In this document: in pieces, positions 27,357 to 38,978 of the stretch | Layout of the letters: each line of letters opens with the position of its first letter | How positions within the stretch are numbered: the first letter of the stretch is position 1 | Source of the DNA: Scenedesmus sp. PABB004 | Taxonomy: Eukaryota | Assembly: GCA_014905635.1 (NCBI GenBank) | Contig: JABVCE010000011.1 | Location: 806,001-870,000, forward strand | Direction: 5' to 3' | Length of the DNA: 64,000 nucleotides | Notes under the pieces: generated by a model | Seen by the model: only the letters and a program-made list of their open reading frames with translations | Database searches by the model: none | Told to the model about the DNA's origin: nothing | Program-made: the position numbers and the translations under genes

Positions 27357-29830
27357 AGGCGCTGGCGCTGGAGTTTGGCGAGCGCGTCGACGCGTCGCAC
27401 GACGGCAGCCAGGCGCAGGACGCGAGCAACAACAGCCCCGACAGCACCTTCTATGAAATCACCATCGCCACGGTCGACCAGCCCAAGCTGCTCAGCCGCC
27501 TCTCAGACGCCATGGTGCGCGCGCTCGGCCGCGCCCTGCCTCCCTCTATCTCGCCCTCCCCGCCGCGGCGCGCCCCCCACGCGGCCCGCGCCCGCGCCGC
27601 CGCGCGCGCCGCCGCGCGCGCCGTCGCGTGCGCCCAGGGCGACCTGGGTCTCAACATCCGCGAGGCGCACGTGTTCAACACCACCGACGGCTTCGCGCTC
27701 GACGTGTTTGTTGTGGACGGCTGGAGCAGCGAGGTGCGCACCGCTGGCGGCAGCAGCGGCGCAGCAGCGGCGGCGGCGAGCCAGCCGGCCGCGGCGCCTG
27801 ACTTGACTGCGCCCGCCGCCGCCGGTGCCGCAGCTGGGCGAGAGCCTGGAAGAGCAGCTGGGGCAGCGCCTGCTGCGCATGCCGCCGCCGCCGCAGCTGC
27901 CGCCCCGCGTGCGGCAAGGCCAGCAGCAGGTGCTGGAGCAGCAGCAGCAGCCGGCGATGTTCCAGCTGCCGGCGGAGGCGCCGCCGGTGCTGGGCGAGCC
28001 CATGCCGGTGCGCGCGCCCGGGCGTCGCTGGCTGGGGCCACCGCGCTCGCCGCCGCGCGCGCGCCGCCGCCGCCGCCGCGCGCGCGCGCGCGCCGCCCAC
28101 GCCCGCCCCGCCTCACCCCGCCTCGCACCTCCCGCGCCGCCCAGCCGCCGGGCGCGGCGGGCTGGAACATCCGCTCGCCGAGCGGCGCGGCGGGCGGCAG
28201 CCCCGCGCCGGACGACTGGGAGATTGACATCAGCCAGCTTCACATCGACGCCAAGGTCGCGGCGGGGAGCTTCAGCAACCTCTACCGCGGCTACTACTGC
28301 GGCCAGGAGGTCGCGGTCAAGATACTCAAGGAGATGCAGGACGACGCGAGCCAGTACCAGGAGTTCCTGCAGGAGGTCTCCATCATGCGCAAGGCGCGCG
28401 CGCAGCGGAGGGGAGCGCGGGGCAGCGCGCGGGCGCGGGCGCACGGGCAGCAGCGCCAGAGGAGCGGGCGCGGGCGCGCGGGGTGTGCGTGTGCGCCGCG
28501 GGCCCACCGCGCGCGCGCGCCTGCGCAGGTGCGGCACAAGAACGTGGTGCAGTTCATCGGCGCGTGCACGCGCAAGCCCAACCTGTGCATCGTGTTTGAG
28601 TACATGAGCGGCGGCAGCGTGTACGACTACATCCGCCGCGAGGGCGCGCTCAAGCTCAGCCAGGCGCGCCGCGCGCGATGAGCAGCAGCTGCGCGCGGCG
28701 TGGCGCGGCCGCCGCCCGCGCGTGCGCCTGCTCACCGCGCCCGCGCGCGCGTGGCGCAGGTGCTGAAGGTGTGCGTCGAGGTGAGCCGCGGCATGGACTA
28801 CCTGCACCAGCGCAAGATCATCCACCGCGACCTCAAGGCCGCAAACCTGCTGCTGGACGAGAACGGCACGGTGCGGCAGCGCCGGCGTCGGCGCGGCACG
28901 GCGCAGCCGGAGGAGAGGGGGGGGGCAGGGCGCAGGGCGCAGGGCGCAGGGCGCAGCCCAGAGGGGCGGCCGCGCCTGCGCTGCGCACCGCGCTGCGCGC
29001 CGCCTGCTGACGCCGCGCGCCGCCGTGCCGACGCTGCACCGCCGTGCTGCGGTCACGCGCGCGCAGGTCAAGATCGCCGACTTTGGCGTCGCGCGCATGA
29101 TTGAGACCAACGGCCACATGACCGCCGAGACGGGGACCTACCGCTGGATGGCGCCCGAGGTCATCGAGCACAAGCCCTACGACGAGAAGGCAGACGTGTT
29201 CAGCTTCGGCGTCGTGCTCTGGTGCGGCGCCGGCGCGGCGGCGCGGCGCGCGTCGGCGCCGCCGCGGCTGTGCTGCTGCTGCTCACGCGCTGCTGCTGCC
29301 GCTGCTGCCGCCGCTGCCGCCGCTGCTGCCGCTGCCGCTGCCGTGTCGCGCAGGGAGCTGCTGACGTGCAAGATCCCATACAGCGACATGACGCCGCTGC
29401 AGGCGGCGGTGGGCGTGGTGCAGAAGGGCCTGCGCCCCGCCATCCCGCAGAGCTGCCCGCCGCAGCTCGCGAGCATGATGGCCGCGTGCTGGGACGCCTC
29501 GCCGCTGCACCGGTGCGCGCCCCCGCGCCCGCCGCGCGCCCGCCCGCGCGCCCGCCCGGCTGCTCCTCTCTGCCGCCCCTGAGCGCCGCCCCTCTCATCG
29601 CCGCCCCTCGCCGCCGCCGCCGCCGCCGCCGCCCCTGGGTTGTCAGGCCGAGCTTCAAGGAGCTCACGCCGCAGCTGCAGCTGCTGCTGGACATGGTCCG
29701 CGACGACGAGGCGCGCAAGGCCGCCGCCGCGGCCGCGGCCGCGGGCAGCAAAGGCGGGCTGCTCAGCAAGCTCAACATCAACCGCAGCAAGGAGGGCGCC
29801 GGCAGCAGCAGAGACGGCGCGCGGGGGTGA
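26653..29830 (+). CDS. ACT-domain Raf-like Ser/Thr/Tyr kinase (STY8/17/46 type), about 11 exons
   Basis: [17 protein letters not shown] domain [17 protein letters not shown]...[27 protein letters not shown]; kinase motifs [60 protein letters not shown]. Confidence 0.95.
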
Positions 29831-30768
29831 CGCCGCGCGTGCGGCGGCGGCGGACGCAGTCGGTCGCGCTTTGTGCAGGGCCCTCGGCCTCCCCGCCACC
29901 CCGGCATTGCATCACATGGCGCGCCCGCGGCGCGGCGCGCCCGGCGGCGTCGCAGCCCGACGCAGCGCGCCCACGCGGCGCCGGGGCGATTTTGGAGGCC
30001 TTCCGGGGGCCCGCGCCGCGCGCGCGCCGCGCCGGCGGCGGGGCGGGGCGGGGCGGCCGGCGGCGGCAGTGTTTTGGTGGCCAGCAGCCTCTGCCACCCC
30101 TAGCAGAGCTTGGCGCGTCAATTGCCTCACTCGAGCCTCTAGCCTGCCTTGTGTGTGTGCGTGCCCACGCCGCTGGGCGCACGGGGGCTCCAGCGCGGCC
30201 CAGCGCGCAGCAACAACTGCAGCGCGCTGCTGGCCCCCAATCAAGCTTCGCGGGCAACCCTCGACGGCGGAGCGCGCCGCACTCGCTGTGCCCGCGTGTG
30301 CTGTGCTGCATGGGAATTGCACGGCGGGCCGCCGCCGCCCCGGCGCCGGCGGCGCCTTCTGCGCGCACGGCTGCCGGGCCCGGCGCGCCCGCCTGCGCGC
30401 CCGCACGGGCACATCCCCGCGCGCGCGCGCGCCGCTCAGTCGGGGAGGGCGCAAGAAGTCTGAGGGCGGTGCGCACGCATTTTCTTCACGCCCGGGGCAT
30501 GGGAGCGGGCGGGGGAGGGGTTGTAGGTAGCAGGCGCAGCGGCGGCGGTGCGCGGTACCCCCTTATTGCGCAGCAGCACGTAGGCAGCTCGGCGTGGGCG
30601 AGAGGAGAGCGGACGGCGGCGGCGGGGGTAACCCTTTCGCAAGCCTCCCAACCGCGCCGCACAGTTGCCGCACAGTCGACAGATAGACAGGTGGACACAG
30701 ACTTCACACAAGGCTTCACACGGCTGTACACACGGCTTCACAAGGCTGTGCACACACGGTCGCGCGGC

Positions 30769-32835
30769 TCACGCCGGCAGCTCGAGGTCGGGCACCGCTT
30801 CGAGCGCCGCCGGCAGCCACCCCACGACGTGCAGCTTCCTCAGAGACACCAGCGCCGCGCGGCAGGTGTCGCGCGTGGTGCAGGGGCTGCCGCGCGTGCC
30901 GTCGCCGGCCGCGGCAGCGCGCCGCGCAAAGAGCGCAGCCAGCAGGCCGTCGGCGCCCTCGGCGGCCACAAACTCCGGCTGCGGCGCCGCGGCGGGCGGC
31001 GCCGGGGCTGGCGGCGCCGGCACCCGCGCCGGTGCGGCGGGCGCCAGGGCTGGCGGCGTGGCGGCGGCCGGCGCCGGGTCGGGGGCCGCGGCCGCCGGCT
31101 GCGGGGCGCCGACGTCGGGGTCGCCAGCGGCCGATGCGGCCGCGCTGGCGTTGGCCGCCAGGCCGGGCTCGACGCCCGGCTGCGGCTGCAGCGCGGGCGC
31201 CCCCAGCGCCAGCCACGCCGCGACAAACGTCGTCTCGCCGCCCGCGGGCGCCGCGGCGCTCGCGTTGCCCGCGCTCGCGTTGACCGGCGCCGGCGGCGCT
31301 TGCGACGCGCGGAACGTCAGCGCCGCGCCGAGCGCCGCGGCGCTGACGTTGGCGGTGCCCGCCACGCACGCGGCCTCGTCGCGCGCGCTGAGCGCGACGC
31401 AGCGCCGCTGCGCGTCGATCACGGCCGTCGAGAAGTTGGACTGGCCGAGGAAGACAGACTCGACGGGGAGGCGCGCCGCGGAGAGCACACAGGGCTTTGT
31501 CAGGTTGAGCGGGTTGGCCGCGACCTCGGTCTCCCACTCGGGCACCCAGCGGCAGGCCGCGTCGGACGCGCACGACGCGGCGGTGCCGTGGTCGCACGCG
31601 GCCGCGTAGGCACGGTACAGGTCGGCGCCGCCGCACGAACCCCACACCGCGGGGTCGCCGGCGGTCACCTGCCGCGCGCGGCGGCGCGGCGCGCCGGCGC
31701 GCTGGGCGCGGCGCGGCGCCGCGCGCGCGGCGCGCGGTGCAGCGACAGGGCGGGGCGCGACGGGCGCGCCCGCAGGCGCTTGAGCCGCGCGCGCACCTGG
31801 CGCTTGAACGCGCGCAGCGCGCGGGGCTTGTTGACGAGCGGCGCGTAGGCCGCGGGGTAGCAGGCGCCTTCCGCCCACGCGCAGCCGGGCTGCGCGCCGC
31901 ACGCGGCGTCGGACGTCGCGTAGCTGCAGGCCACGACCGCCGCGAGCGCGGAGCCGTTGCAGGCAATCCTGGCGCGGCTCCAGAGCAGGAGCTGTGCGGG
32001 CAGGCGCAGCGGCGGGGCGGCGTCAGCGGCCGCGCCAGGCCCTGGCGCCGCGGCGAAGGGCGTGCCTGCGGGGTGCGCACGCGCACGCGCGGCCCAGGCG
32101 TGGCGCCTCACGTGCACAAAGTCGGCGTCCTCGTACGCCATGCTGCACCGCGGCGGCACGGCGTCGTCGCGCCAGCCGCACCAGTTGGGCTGGTCGGCCG
32201 CGCACGCCGCAAAGGTCGTGTGGTTGAGGCAGGCGTAGCGCATCGCCGTGATCTCCAGCAGCAGCCTGCGCACACGCGGCGCGCGGTGAGCCCCCGCGCG
32301 GGCCGCGCGCCAGGCCGGCGGCAGCGCGTGGCGCACGGCGCGGCGCTCACTTCTCGCCGTCCAGGTCGGGCGGTGGCAGGGAGAAGAAGAAGGAGGGATT
32401 GAGGGAGCAAAAGGGCTGCGCCGCCGCAGAGGCAGCCGTCGCCGAGGCAGAGGCCGACGTTGACTCTGCCGCCGCCGCCGCGGACGCAGAGACCGACGCC
32501 GAGGCTGACGCCGAAGCCGAGGCGGCGCTCCCGGCGGCGTTGCTGGCGCTGGCGCTGGCGCTGGCACTGGCCGACGCGGCGGCACCGGCCGCCCCCGCCG
32601 CCTGGCCGGCGCCGGCCGCCGCCGCAGCCGTCGCCGCCGCCGCCGGCGCCGCCTCCACGTGCCCCGTGGTCCAGAGGCACACGTGCGCCTCCGTGGCGTT
32701 GGGCGCCGCCGCCGCCGCGGGGCCGGCCGCCTCGAGAGTCAGCAGTCGCCGCGGCGAGTGCGCCGCGCTGCTCGCCCCGGTGGCCGCCAGCAGCAGCAGA
32801 GCGGCTGCCCAGACAGCGAGAAGGCGACGCTGCAT
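30769..32835 (-). CDS. Hypothetical secreted Cys-rich glycoprotein (4 exons)
   Basis: Signal-peptide-like MQRRLLAVWAAALLLLAATGASSAA followed by RRLL, an (AS)n tract, repeated C-x5-6-C-x-W modules (CAADQPNWCGW, CGAQPGCAW, CASDAACRW) and several NxS/T sites. Introns are canonical GT-AG. Confidence 0.65.
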
Positions 32836-33538
32836 GTCGGCTGGAGCGCCACAGGCGTCAGGGGGGCGCGGAGCAGCAGATGGCGGCGCCGCCGCCGCCT
32901 CTGCCGCGGGGCGTTGGGCCACGACGCGGCTGTGCGTTAAACGGCGCAACAAACACCTCGCGAGCGCAACGGAGGGGCCGCTCCGCGCGCGGGCTGGCGA
33001 GGGGACCGTTACTCAGGTTTTTGACCGCGGTCAACCGCGCCACTGCGGACCGTTGCGGCTGGACCCGCCCGCGGAGTAAGATAGTAGTTACCCCTGGCCG
33101 GCACCTTGCGCAGGCTGCCGCCGCGGCGCCGGCGAGGAAGGAAGCCACGCGGTCGCCGGGCGTGCAGGGCGCGCGCGTGCTCGTCTGCGCCCAAACCTGG
33201 GCCGTTGAGTTGGAACCAATGCCATGCGAGGTAAAACAACCAGGTAAATCAACCAGGCACCTGGCTATATACGTCAGAGCGGACCGATGAGCTGGCCAGT
33301 GGTGACAGCGCCGGCGGTCCCGCGCGGGGCCGTGATCTCGAGCGCGTTCCGGCATTTGCGGCCCAACGTTGCTGGGACCAGCGGTGCACGTCAGCACATT
33401 GTTGGGCTGACTCCCGACCAGGGCATCCAGTAAAGAGCCGCGTTCATGCGGGAAAGAAAACAATGCAGGGGGCGCGCGGCGCGTCCGAAAGGTCACCGCA
33501 GCGCTGCGGTGCTAGCAGGGTGCGGGGTGCGGCGGCGA

Positions 33539-34827
33539 TCACCAGCCGCTGACCACGTAGCCGGCGGGCTGGTCGCAGCTGATGCCGTCGGGGAACTCCG
33601 ACCTGCGCGCGCCAGCGGCGTGAGGCGGGGGCGCGCGGGGGCGGCCCAGGGCGCGGCAGCGCTGGGGCGCGGCGCGCGGCCGGGCCGGGGCGCACCTGGA
33701 GTAGCCGAGCGTGTACTGCTGGCCGGCCGGGACGTGGTAGACGGGGCAGTAGCAGGTGAAGGGCTTGCCGTCCCAGGACCGGCGGACGTCGCAGCCTGGC
33801 GCCGGCGGCGGCGGCGGTGCGCGGCGTGGGCGGGCGGTGCGCGGCGCGCGGCGCGCGGCCGCGGCGCCCGGCGGCGGGCGGGCGAGCGGCGCGCGCGGGG
33901 TGCGGCGGCGCACCGCTGGTCATGCAGTTGGCCACGGTGGAGGAGTTGTCGGGGCGGCCGTAGCAGTTCTTGAAGGCCTGGTCAGGGAGGATGATCGCGT
34001 AGGTGGAGATGAGGGGCCACTTGCCGCCGTAGATCGTGCTGCGCAGCGCGCAGGGAGGGGGGAGGGGGGAGGGGGCGTCAGGCGGCGGCGCGCGCACGAG
34101 CGCTGGCCAGCGGGCAGGGGCTGGGCTCGGCCGCGCGCGGATGCGGCGCGCGGCGCGCGCCGGGCGGCGGGCGGCGCACTCCGAGTTGATGCCCTTGCAC
34201 ACGGGCGCCTGGTTGGTGACACAGGTGTTGTTGGTCGTGCCGCCGCCGTAGCAGACCTCCTGGGTCGCAGCCCAATGCTTCTGATCGAGGATGATGTTGG
34301 GCGCGACCTGGCTCTCGCCGAGGGGCGCGATGGGCGGGGGGCTGATGCAGCCGCACGTGGCCTGGAGCGGGATGTCGCCGCTGCCGCTGCCGGGGACCAT
34401 GGTGCAGTTGGCGATGGAGCAGAGCACGTACGGGCCCTGGCAGTAGACCCAGTCATAGCCTGGATCACGCGGGCGGGCGGGCGGGCGGGCGGGCGGGCGG
34501 GCGGGCGGGCGGGCGGCAATTAAGCGAGCCCGGGTGCCTTGGGGTGGCTGGGGGTTGGTTCTGGTGTGGATGCTGCTGCTTTGCTGCCTCTGCTCACGAC
34601 GCGCGGCCGCAGCGCGCGCGGCGGCACGGCTCACTCGGCTGCGGCGCCCCGAGCCGGGTGTAATCGCACGTGGTTGCCACGCCACCGTAACGGTTCTTGC
34701 CCTTGTGGCCGTGGCCGCGGTAGGGCTTGCAGCCCTTGCCGTGGCCGCCCCAGTGCTCGGGCTCGGCGGCGGCGGCGAGCGCGACCAGGCCCAGCAGGAC
34801 CGCGCCGACGAGCTGCTTGGCGGCCAT
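33539..34827 (-). CDS. Secreted Cys-rich protein, tandem paralogue A
   Basis: MAAKQLVGAVLLGLVALAAAA signal, His/Gly/Lys-rich segment, then YCQGPYVLCSIANC...CGC...VC...NCMT...CYCP...SGW*. Homologous along its length to 35725-37035. Confidence 0.8.
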
Positions 34828-35724
34828 ATTAGGCGACGGGGACGCACGCAGATGGGCGAGCTGCGGGGGGGGGGGTGCGCGGGCGTGGGCGTGCAAGCCG
34901 ATCTTCGCGGCGGGGTGCGCTGCGCCCGCGCAGCGCCTGGCCGCGGCAGCGCCTCGGAGCTGACCGGAATATATGAGACAATGCGCGTGCGCGCCGTGGC
35001 AAGGCACGGCACGGCGAGGGCGCGCGCGGCAGGCGCTGCGCCGCGGGTCACCTGGTCGGGGACCGCCCGGCGCGCAGGCTGAATCCGCGCAGACGCGGCT
35101 AAGTGGCAGGCTATGGTGTGGTGGGAGTGCGGGTGGGGTAGGACGTGCCGCGGGCGCGGGAAGGCGCGGGGGCATGCTTACCGCGACGATGACAAAGCGG
35201 CGGCTGGCGCTGCCGGCGGGCTAGGCGCTGGTCAGCTTGCCCCGACTAGCTCAGCCGGTCACGGCCATTGCGACCGCCAGGTCTCCCGGCGGCGTACGTG
35301 CGCGCGCCGCCGGTGTCACCCGCCGGCGCGCGTGCGTCACCTGCGCTGCGGGGAGCTGAAGCGGGCGCCGGTGGCTGCTTTCGAGCGGCACCGCCCTCGC
35401 TCGCGATCTAGAAAGCGGTTGATGTCCCGGTGACAGCGGGCGACGGTCGCCGCGCGGCGCACGCTGCACGAGCGCGCGTGTGCCGGTACGGTCCCGTGCC
35501 GCACTGCACGCCGGGCAAGAAGTTCACATGGCCACCGACACAGGCCCCCCGCGACGTTCAGTTGCATGTCCACGCCCCATCCCTGTCACCTGTGGCGCAC
35601 GCGGCCGCCTGCCGCCGCACACCGCGCTGCTCGCAAGACTGAGTGCCACAAGCTTAAGAGCAGTGCACCTGCCGCGCCCCCGTTGACGGCTTGACCCACT
35701 CGCACTGTTGATGAATGCCTAGCG

Positions 35725-37035
35725 CTACCGGCCGCTGATCACAAAGCCAGGCGGCTGCTTGCAGTCGATGCCGTTGGGGTAGAGCGACCTGCGGGGCGCG
35801 CCGCGCGGCAGGGTGGGCAGGCGCGCGCGCGCGCGCGCGCGCGCGGCCGGGCACGCAGGGGCGCGCCGCGCGGGGGGTCGGGGCTGGGGCCTGGTCGGGG
35901 CCGGCGCCGGGGCCGGGGCGCGGCGAGGCGCGGCGCGGCGCGGCGCACAGGGGATAGCCGATGATGTACGACTCGCCGGCCGGGATGTGATAGACGGGGC
36001 AGTAGCAGGTGTACGGCTTGTTGTCAAACGAGCGGCGAACGTCGCAGCCTGGCGCAGGGCGGCGCGCGACGGCGTCGGCGGCGGCGGCGGCGGCCGCGGC
36101 GGCCGCGGCGGCGCGGCGGGGCGCGGCGGGGCACGGCGGGGCGCGGCGGGGCACGGCGGGCCGCAGCGGGCCGCGGCGCCCGGCGGCGGTGGGCCCCCGC
36201 GTGTGGTGCAGCAGCGGGCGCACCAGCGGTCATGCAGTTTGCGAGCATGCTGCTGTTGTCGGCCGCGCCAATGCAGGTCTGGGTTCCCTGCGGGACCGGC
36301 GGCATCGCATGGCGGGCGCGGGGCGGGCGCGCGCTGAGTCACCGCGCAACACAGCCTCGCTGGGCGCGGGGCCCCGCCCAGGCCCGCGCCGCACCTCGCC
36401 GGTGGTGTTCGTGTACGTGGAAATGAGGGGCCACTTGCCGCCATAGAACGTGCTGTGTGCAGCGCGCGCGGGGCGGGCGGGCGGCCGCCGTCAGCGCGCG
36501 GCGCGGCGGGCGCGCGGCGCGCGCCGCGCGGCGCGGCGGCGCACCCGGAGTTCATTGCCCTGCACACGGGCGCCTGGTTGGTGACGCAGGTGTTGTTGGT
36601 CGTGCCGCCGCCGTAGCAGACCTCCTGGCTGGCCTCGTAGAGCGAGAGGGAGAGGATCTCGTCGGGGCTGACCTGGCTGGGGCCAAACGGCGCGGCGCCG
36701 CTCGCGCTGACGCAGCCGCACGCGGCCTGGAGCGGCATGTCGCCGCTGCCGCTGCCGGGGACCATGGTGCAGTTGGCCATGGCGCAGAGCACGGAGGGGC
36801 CGTCGCAGTCCATGAAGTCATAGTTCGGCGGCGGGAAGATCGCGCGCGTGTACTCGCAGTACGTCGCGGGCCCTCCGGCCCGCCTGCCCTTGCCCTTGTG
36901 GCCGTGGCCGCGGTAGGGCTTGCAGCCCTTGCCGTGGCCGCCCTTGTCGTGGCCGCCCCAGTGCTCGGGCTCGGCGGCGGCGGCGAGCGCGACCAGGCCC
37001 AGCAGGACCGCGCCGACGAGCTGCTTGGCGGCCAT
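35725..37035 (-). CDS. Secreted Cys-rich protein, tandem paralogue B
   Basis: Same signal peptide and Cys skeleton as paralogue A: DCDGPSVLCAMANC...QEVCYGGGTTNNTCVTNQAPVC...CYCPVYH...ISGR*. Confidence 0.8.
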   Translation of the reverse strand: MAAKQLVGAVLLGLVALAAAAEPEHWGGHDKGGHGKGCKPYRGHGHKGKGRRAGGPATYCEYTRAIFPPPNYDFMDCDGPSVLCAMANCTMVPGSGSGDMPLQAACGCVSASGAAPFGPSQVSPDEILSLSLYEASQEVCYGGGTTNNTCVTNQAPVCRAMNSGCAAAPRGARRAPAAPRADGGRPPAPRALHTARSMAASGPSFPRTRTPPARCGAGLGGAPRPARLCCAVTQRAPAPRPPCDAAGPAGNPDLHWRGRQQQHARKLHDRWCARCCTTRGGPPPPGAAARCGPPCPAAPRRAPPRPAAPPRPPRPPPPPPTPSRAALRQAATFAARLTTSRTPATAPSITSRPASRTSSAIPCAPRRAAPRRAPAPAPAPTRPQPRPPARRAPACPAARARARARLPTLPRGAPRRSLYPNGIDCKQPPGFVISGR

Positions 37036-37652
37036 ATTAGGCGAGGGCAACGCACGCAAATGGGCGAGCTGCGGGGTGGCGGGCGTGGCGCTGGGCGTGA
37101 GCCCCGGCGCGGCGCGGTGCGAGGGCGTGCATGCCGATCTTCGCGGCGGGGTGCGCTGCGCCCGCGCAGCCCCGGGGCCGCGGCAGCGCCTCCGAGCCTG
37201 CACGCCAAATCTGGCATGCGGATGGACGCTGTTGGCAAGCCTGCCGCGCGCTGGTGCGCGGGCCACCGCTCACCTGGCGCAGGCAGCAGCGGCGCGTGTG
37301 GCTGGGGGCTGTGGCAGCCGCGAGCGGCTTGAGCGATGGTCGCGCCGGTGTCGGGGGAGTTCCGGCAGTCGATGTCCGAGCCGGCGGACGGGCCAGCGAA
37401 GGCGGGGAGCCGCGGCGGCGAAGCGCTCTGAGCCGCTGCTGTGGCAAAGTGCCGGCTGACGGTCGCCGGACGGCGCACAGGGAGTCTTGAGCATTTACCC
37501 GGCGGAGGTGGGTCCCCAAAGAGAGAGAGGGAGGCAGGAGCATCAAAGCCAATGGACGATCGCCCGTCCGATCGCGGGCCGACGCGTGCTCCCCCGCGCG
37601 CGCGCGCCCCAGTGCGCGCCCCAGCCCAGCCCCGCGGCCGCCCCAGGGCCCC

Positions 37653-38978
37653 TCAGCCGCGCGGCTCGGGCGCCTCGGGAATGGTCTCCGGCACGGGCAG
37701 CGCGCCGATGCTGGCGTTGGTGTACGCCGTCTCCTCGCCGACCGGCACAAAGTAGTGCCGCGTCGCGCGCACCGACGCGCGCGCCGCGTCGCGCGTGGCG
37801 GCCGGGATCTCGCGCTCCAGCGCGGCCAGCACCGCGTCAAAGTGACCCACGAACGCCTCCCAGTGACTCTGCGCAGCGGGCCGGACCGGGCCGGCGCGGC
37901 GTGGGCGCGCGGCGGGGGCGGCGGCGTGCGCGGCGTGCGCGGCGTGCGCGGCGCGCGCGGCCGCGTCGCGCACCAGGTTGAGTCCCTTGTCCTGGATGAG
38001 CCGGATGTGGACCTTGCGGAGGTTGAGGTTGGGGTCCTCCTCAAAGACGAGCTCCTTGCCGCCAAACGCGAGGCCCATGAAGCGCACCTGGTGGCGCTTG
38101 AGCTTGGCCATGTCGATGCCCTCGAAGAACGGCCCCAGCCCCGGGTCGGCGAGCACGCGCTCGTAAAACATGTCCACGATCTTCTTCAGGCTGATGCTGT
38201 CACCGCCCACGAGCTTGTGGTGGTTGCCTGGCGCGGCGCGGGCGGGGCCGGCGCGGGGCGCGGCGCGCGCGGGTCGGCGCGGCGCGGCGCGGCGCGGGCG
38301 CGGGTCGGCGAGCGGCGCAGGCGCGCGCCGGCGCGCGGCGCACCCTCGGCCGCGTCGGTCGCGACGCTGAAGCCGACGTTGGAGAACTGGCCCGAGCTGC
38401 GCCGGCTGTAGGTGTCCGACCTGGCGCCGCGACGGCGGCGGGCGGCGGCGGCCGGGCGTCGGCGCGCAGCGTGGCAGCGGCCGGCCGGCCGGCCGGCGCG
38501 TGCTGCCGCGTGCGCGCAGCCCACGGGCCGCGCCGCGCGCCGCGCCTGCTGTCCGAGGGCCGCATCGCGCTGCGGTTGGGCTTCTCGGTCGAGTTGTAGG
38601 AGTGCGACGCCTGCGGCGGCGCCGAGGCGCGGGTGTCGGCCTGGGCACGGGGTCGCTGACGGGCTGCAGCGCGATCATCATCATGCTGCCCAGCGCCTCG
38701 TCCTGGCGCGCCGCCAGCGCGACCGCTGCGAGCAGCCCCGCCGGCGGGCCGCGCCCTGCTGCCCTCCTGCGCGGCAGGGCCCGCGCGCGCCGTGAGCGCC
38801 TGCGACGCCGCACCTGCTCGCCGCCGTCCACTGGCGCGGGGGTGCAGGGCTGTTGCTCCGAGGGCGCCGGCGCGTGCGCGGGCGTCGCGGGCACCGCTGC
38901 TGCTGCGTCGCCGCTGGCCGCCGCGGCGCCGGCGCCTTCCTGCGCGCCTCTCCGGCCTTTGCTGCTGCGGTTGCCCAT
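37653..38978 (-). CDS. Group I truncated (2/2) haemoglobin with N-terminal extension
   Basis: IVDMFYERVLADPGLGPFFEGIDMAKLKRHQVRFMGLAFGG...LRKVH (TyrB10, PheCD1, proximal HisF8)...HWEAFVGHF. Upstream exons begin MGNRSSK; the N-terminal exon structure is less certain. Confidence 0.88.
   Translation of the reverse strand: MGNRSSKGRRGAQEGAGAAAASGDAAAAVPATPAHAPAPSEQQPCTPAPVDGGEQVRRRRRSRRARALPRRRAAGRGPPAGLLAAVALAARQDEALGSMMMIALQPVSDPVPRPTPAPRRRRRRRTPTTRPRSPTAARCGPRTAGAARGAARGLRARGSTRRPAGRPLPRCAPTPGRRRPPPSRRQVGHLQPAQLGPVLQRRLQRRDRRGRGCAARRRAPAPLADPRPRRAAPRRPARAAPRAGPARAAPGNHHKLVGGDSISLKKIVDMFYERVLADPGLGPFFEGIDMAKLKRHQVRFMGLAFGGKELVFEEDPNLNLRKVHIRLIQDKGLNLVRDAAARAAHAAHAAHAAAPAARPRRAGPVRPAAQSHWEAFVGHFDAVLAALEREIPAATRDAARASVRATRHYFVPVGEETAYTNASIGALPVPETIPEAPEPRG

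Noticed and set aside
30700..30760. Imperfect CTTCACA(CA)AGG-type repeats
   Set aside because: Short degenerate minisatellite in a 3' region. Not telomeric, and no function is supportable.
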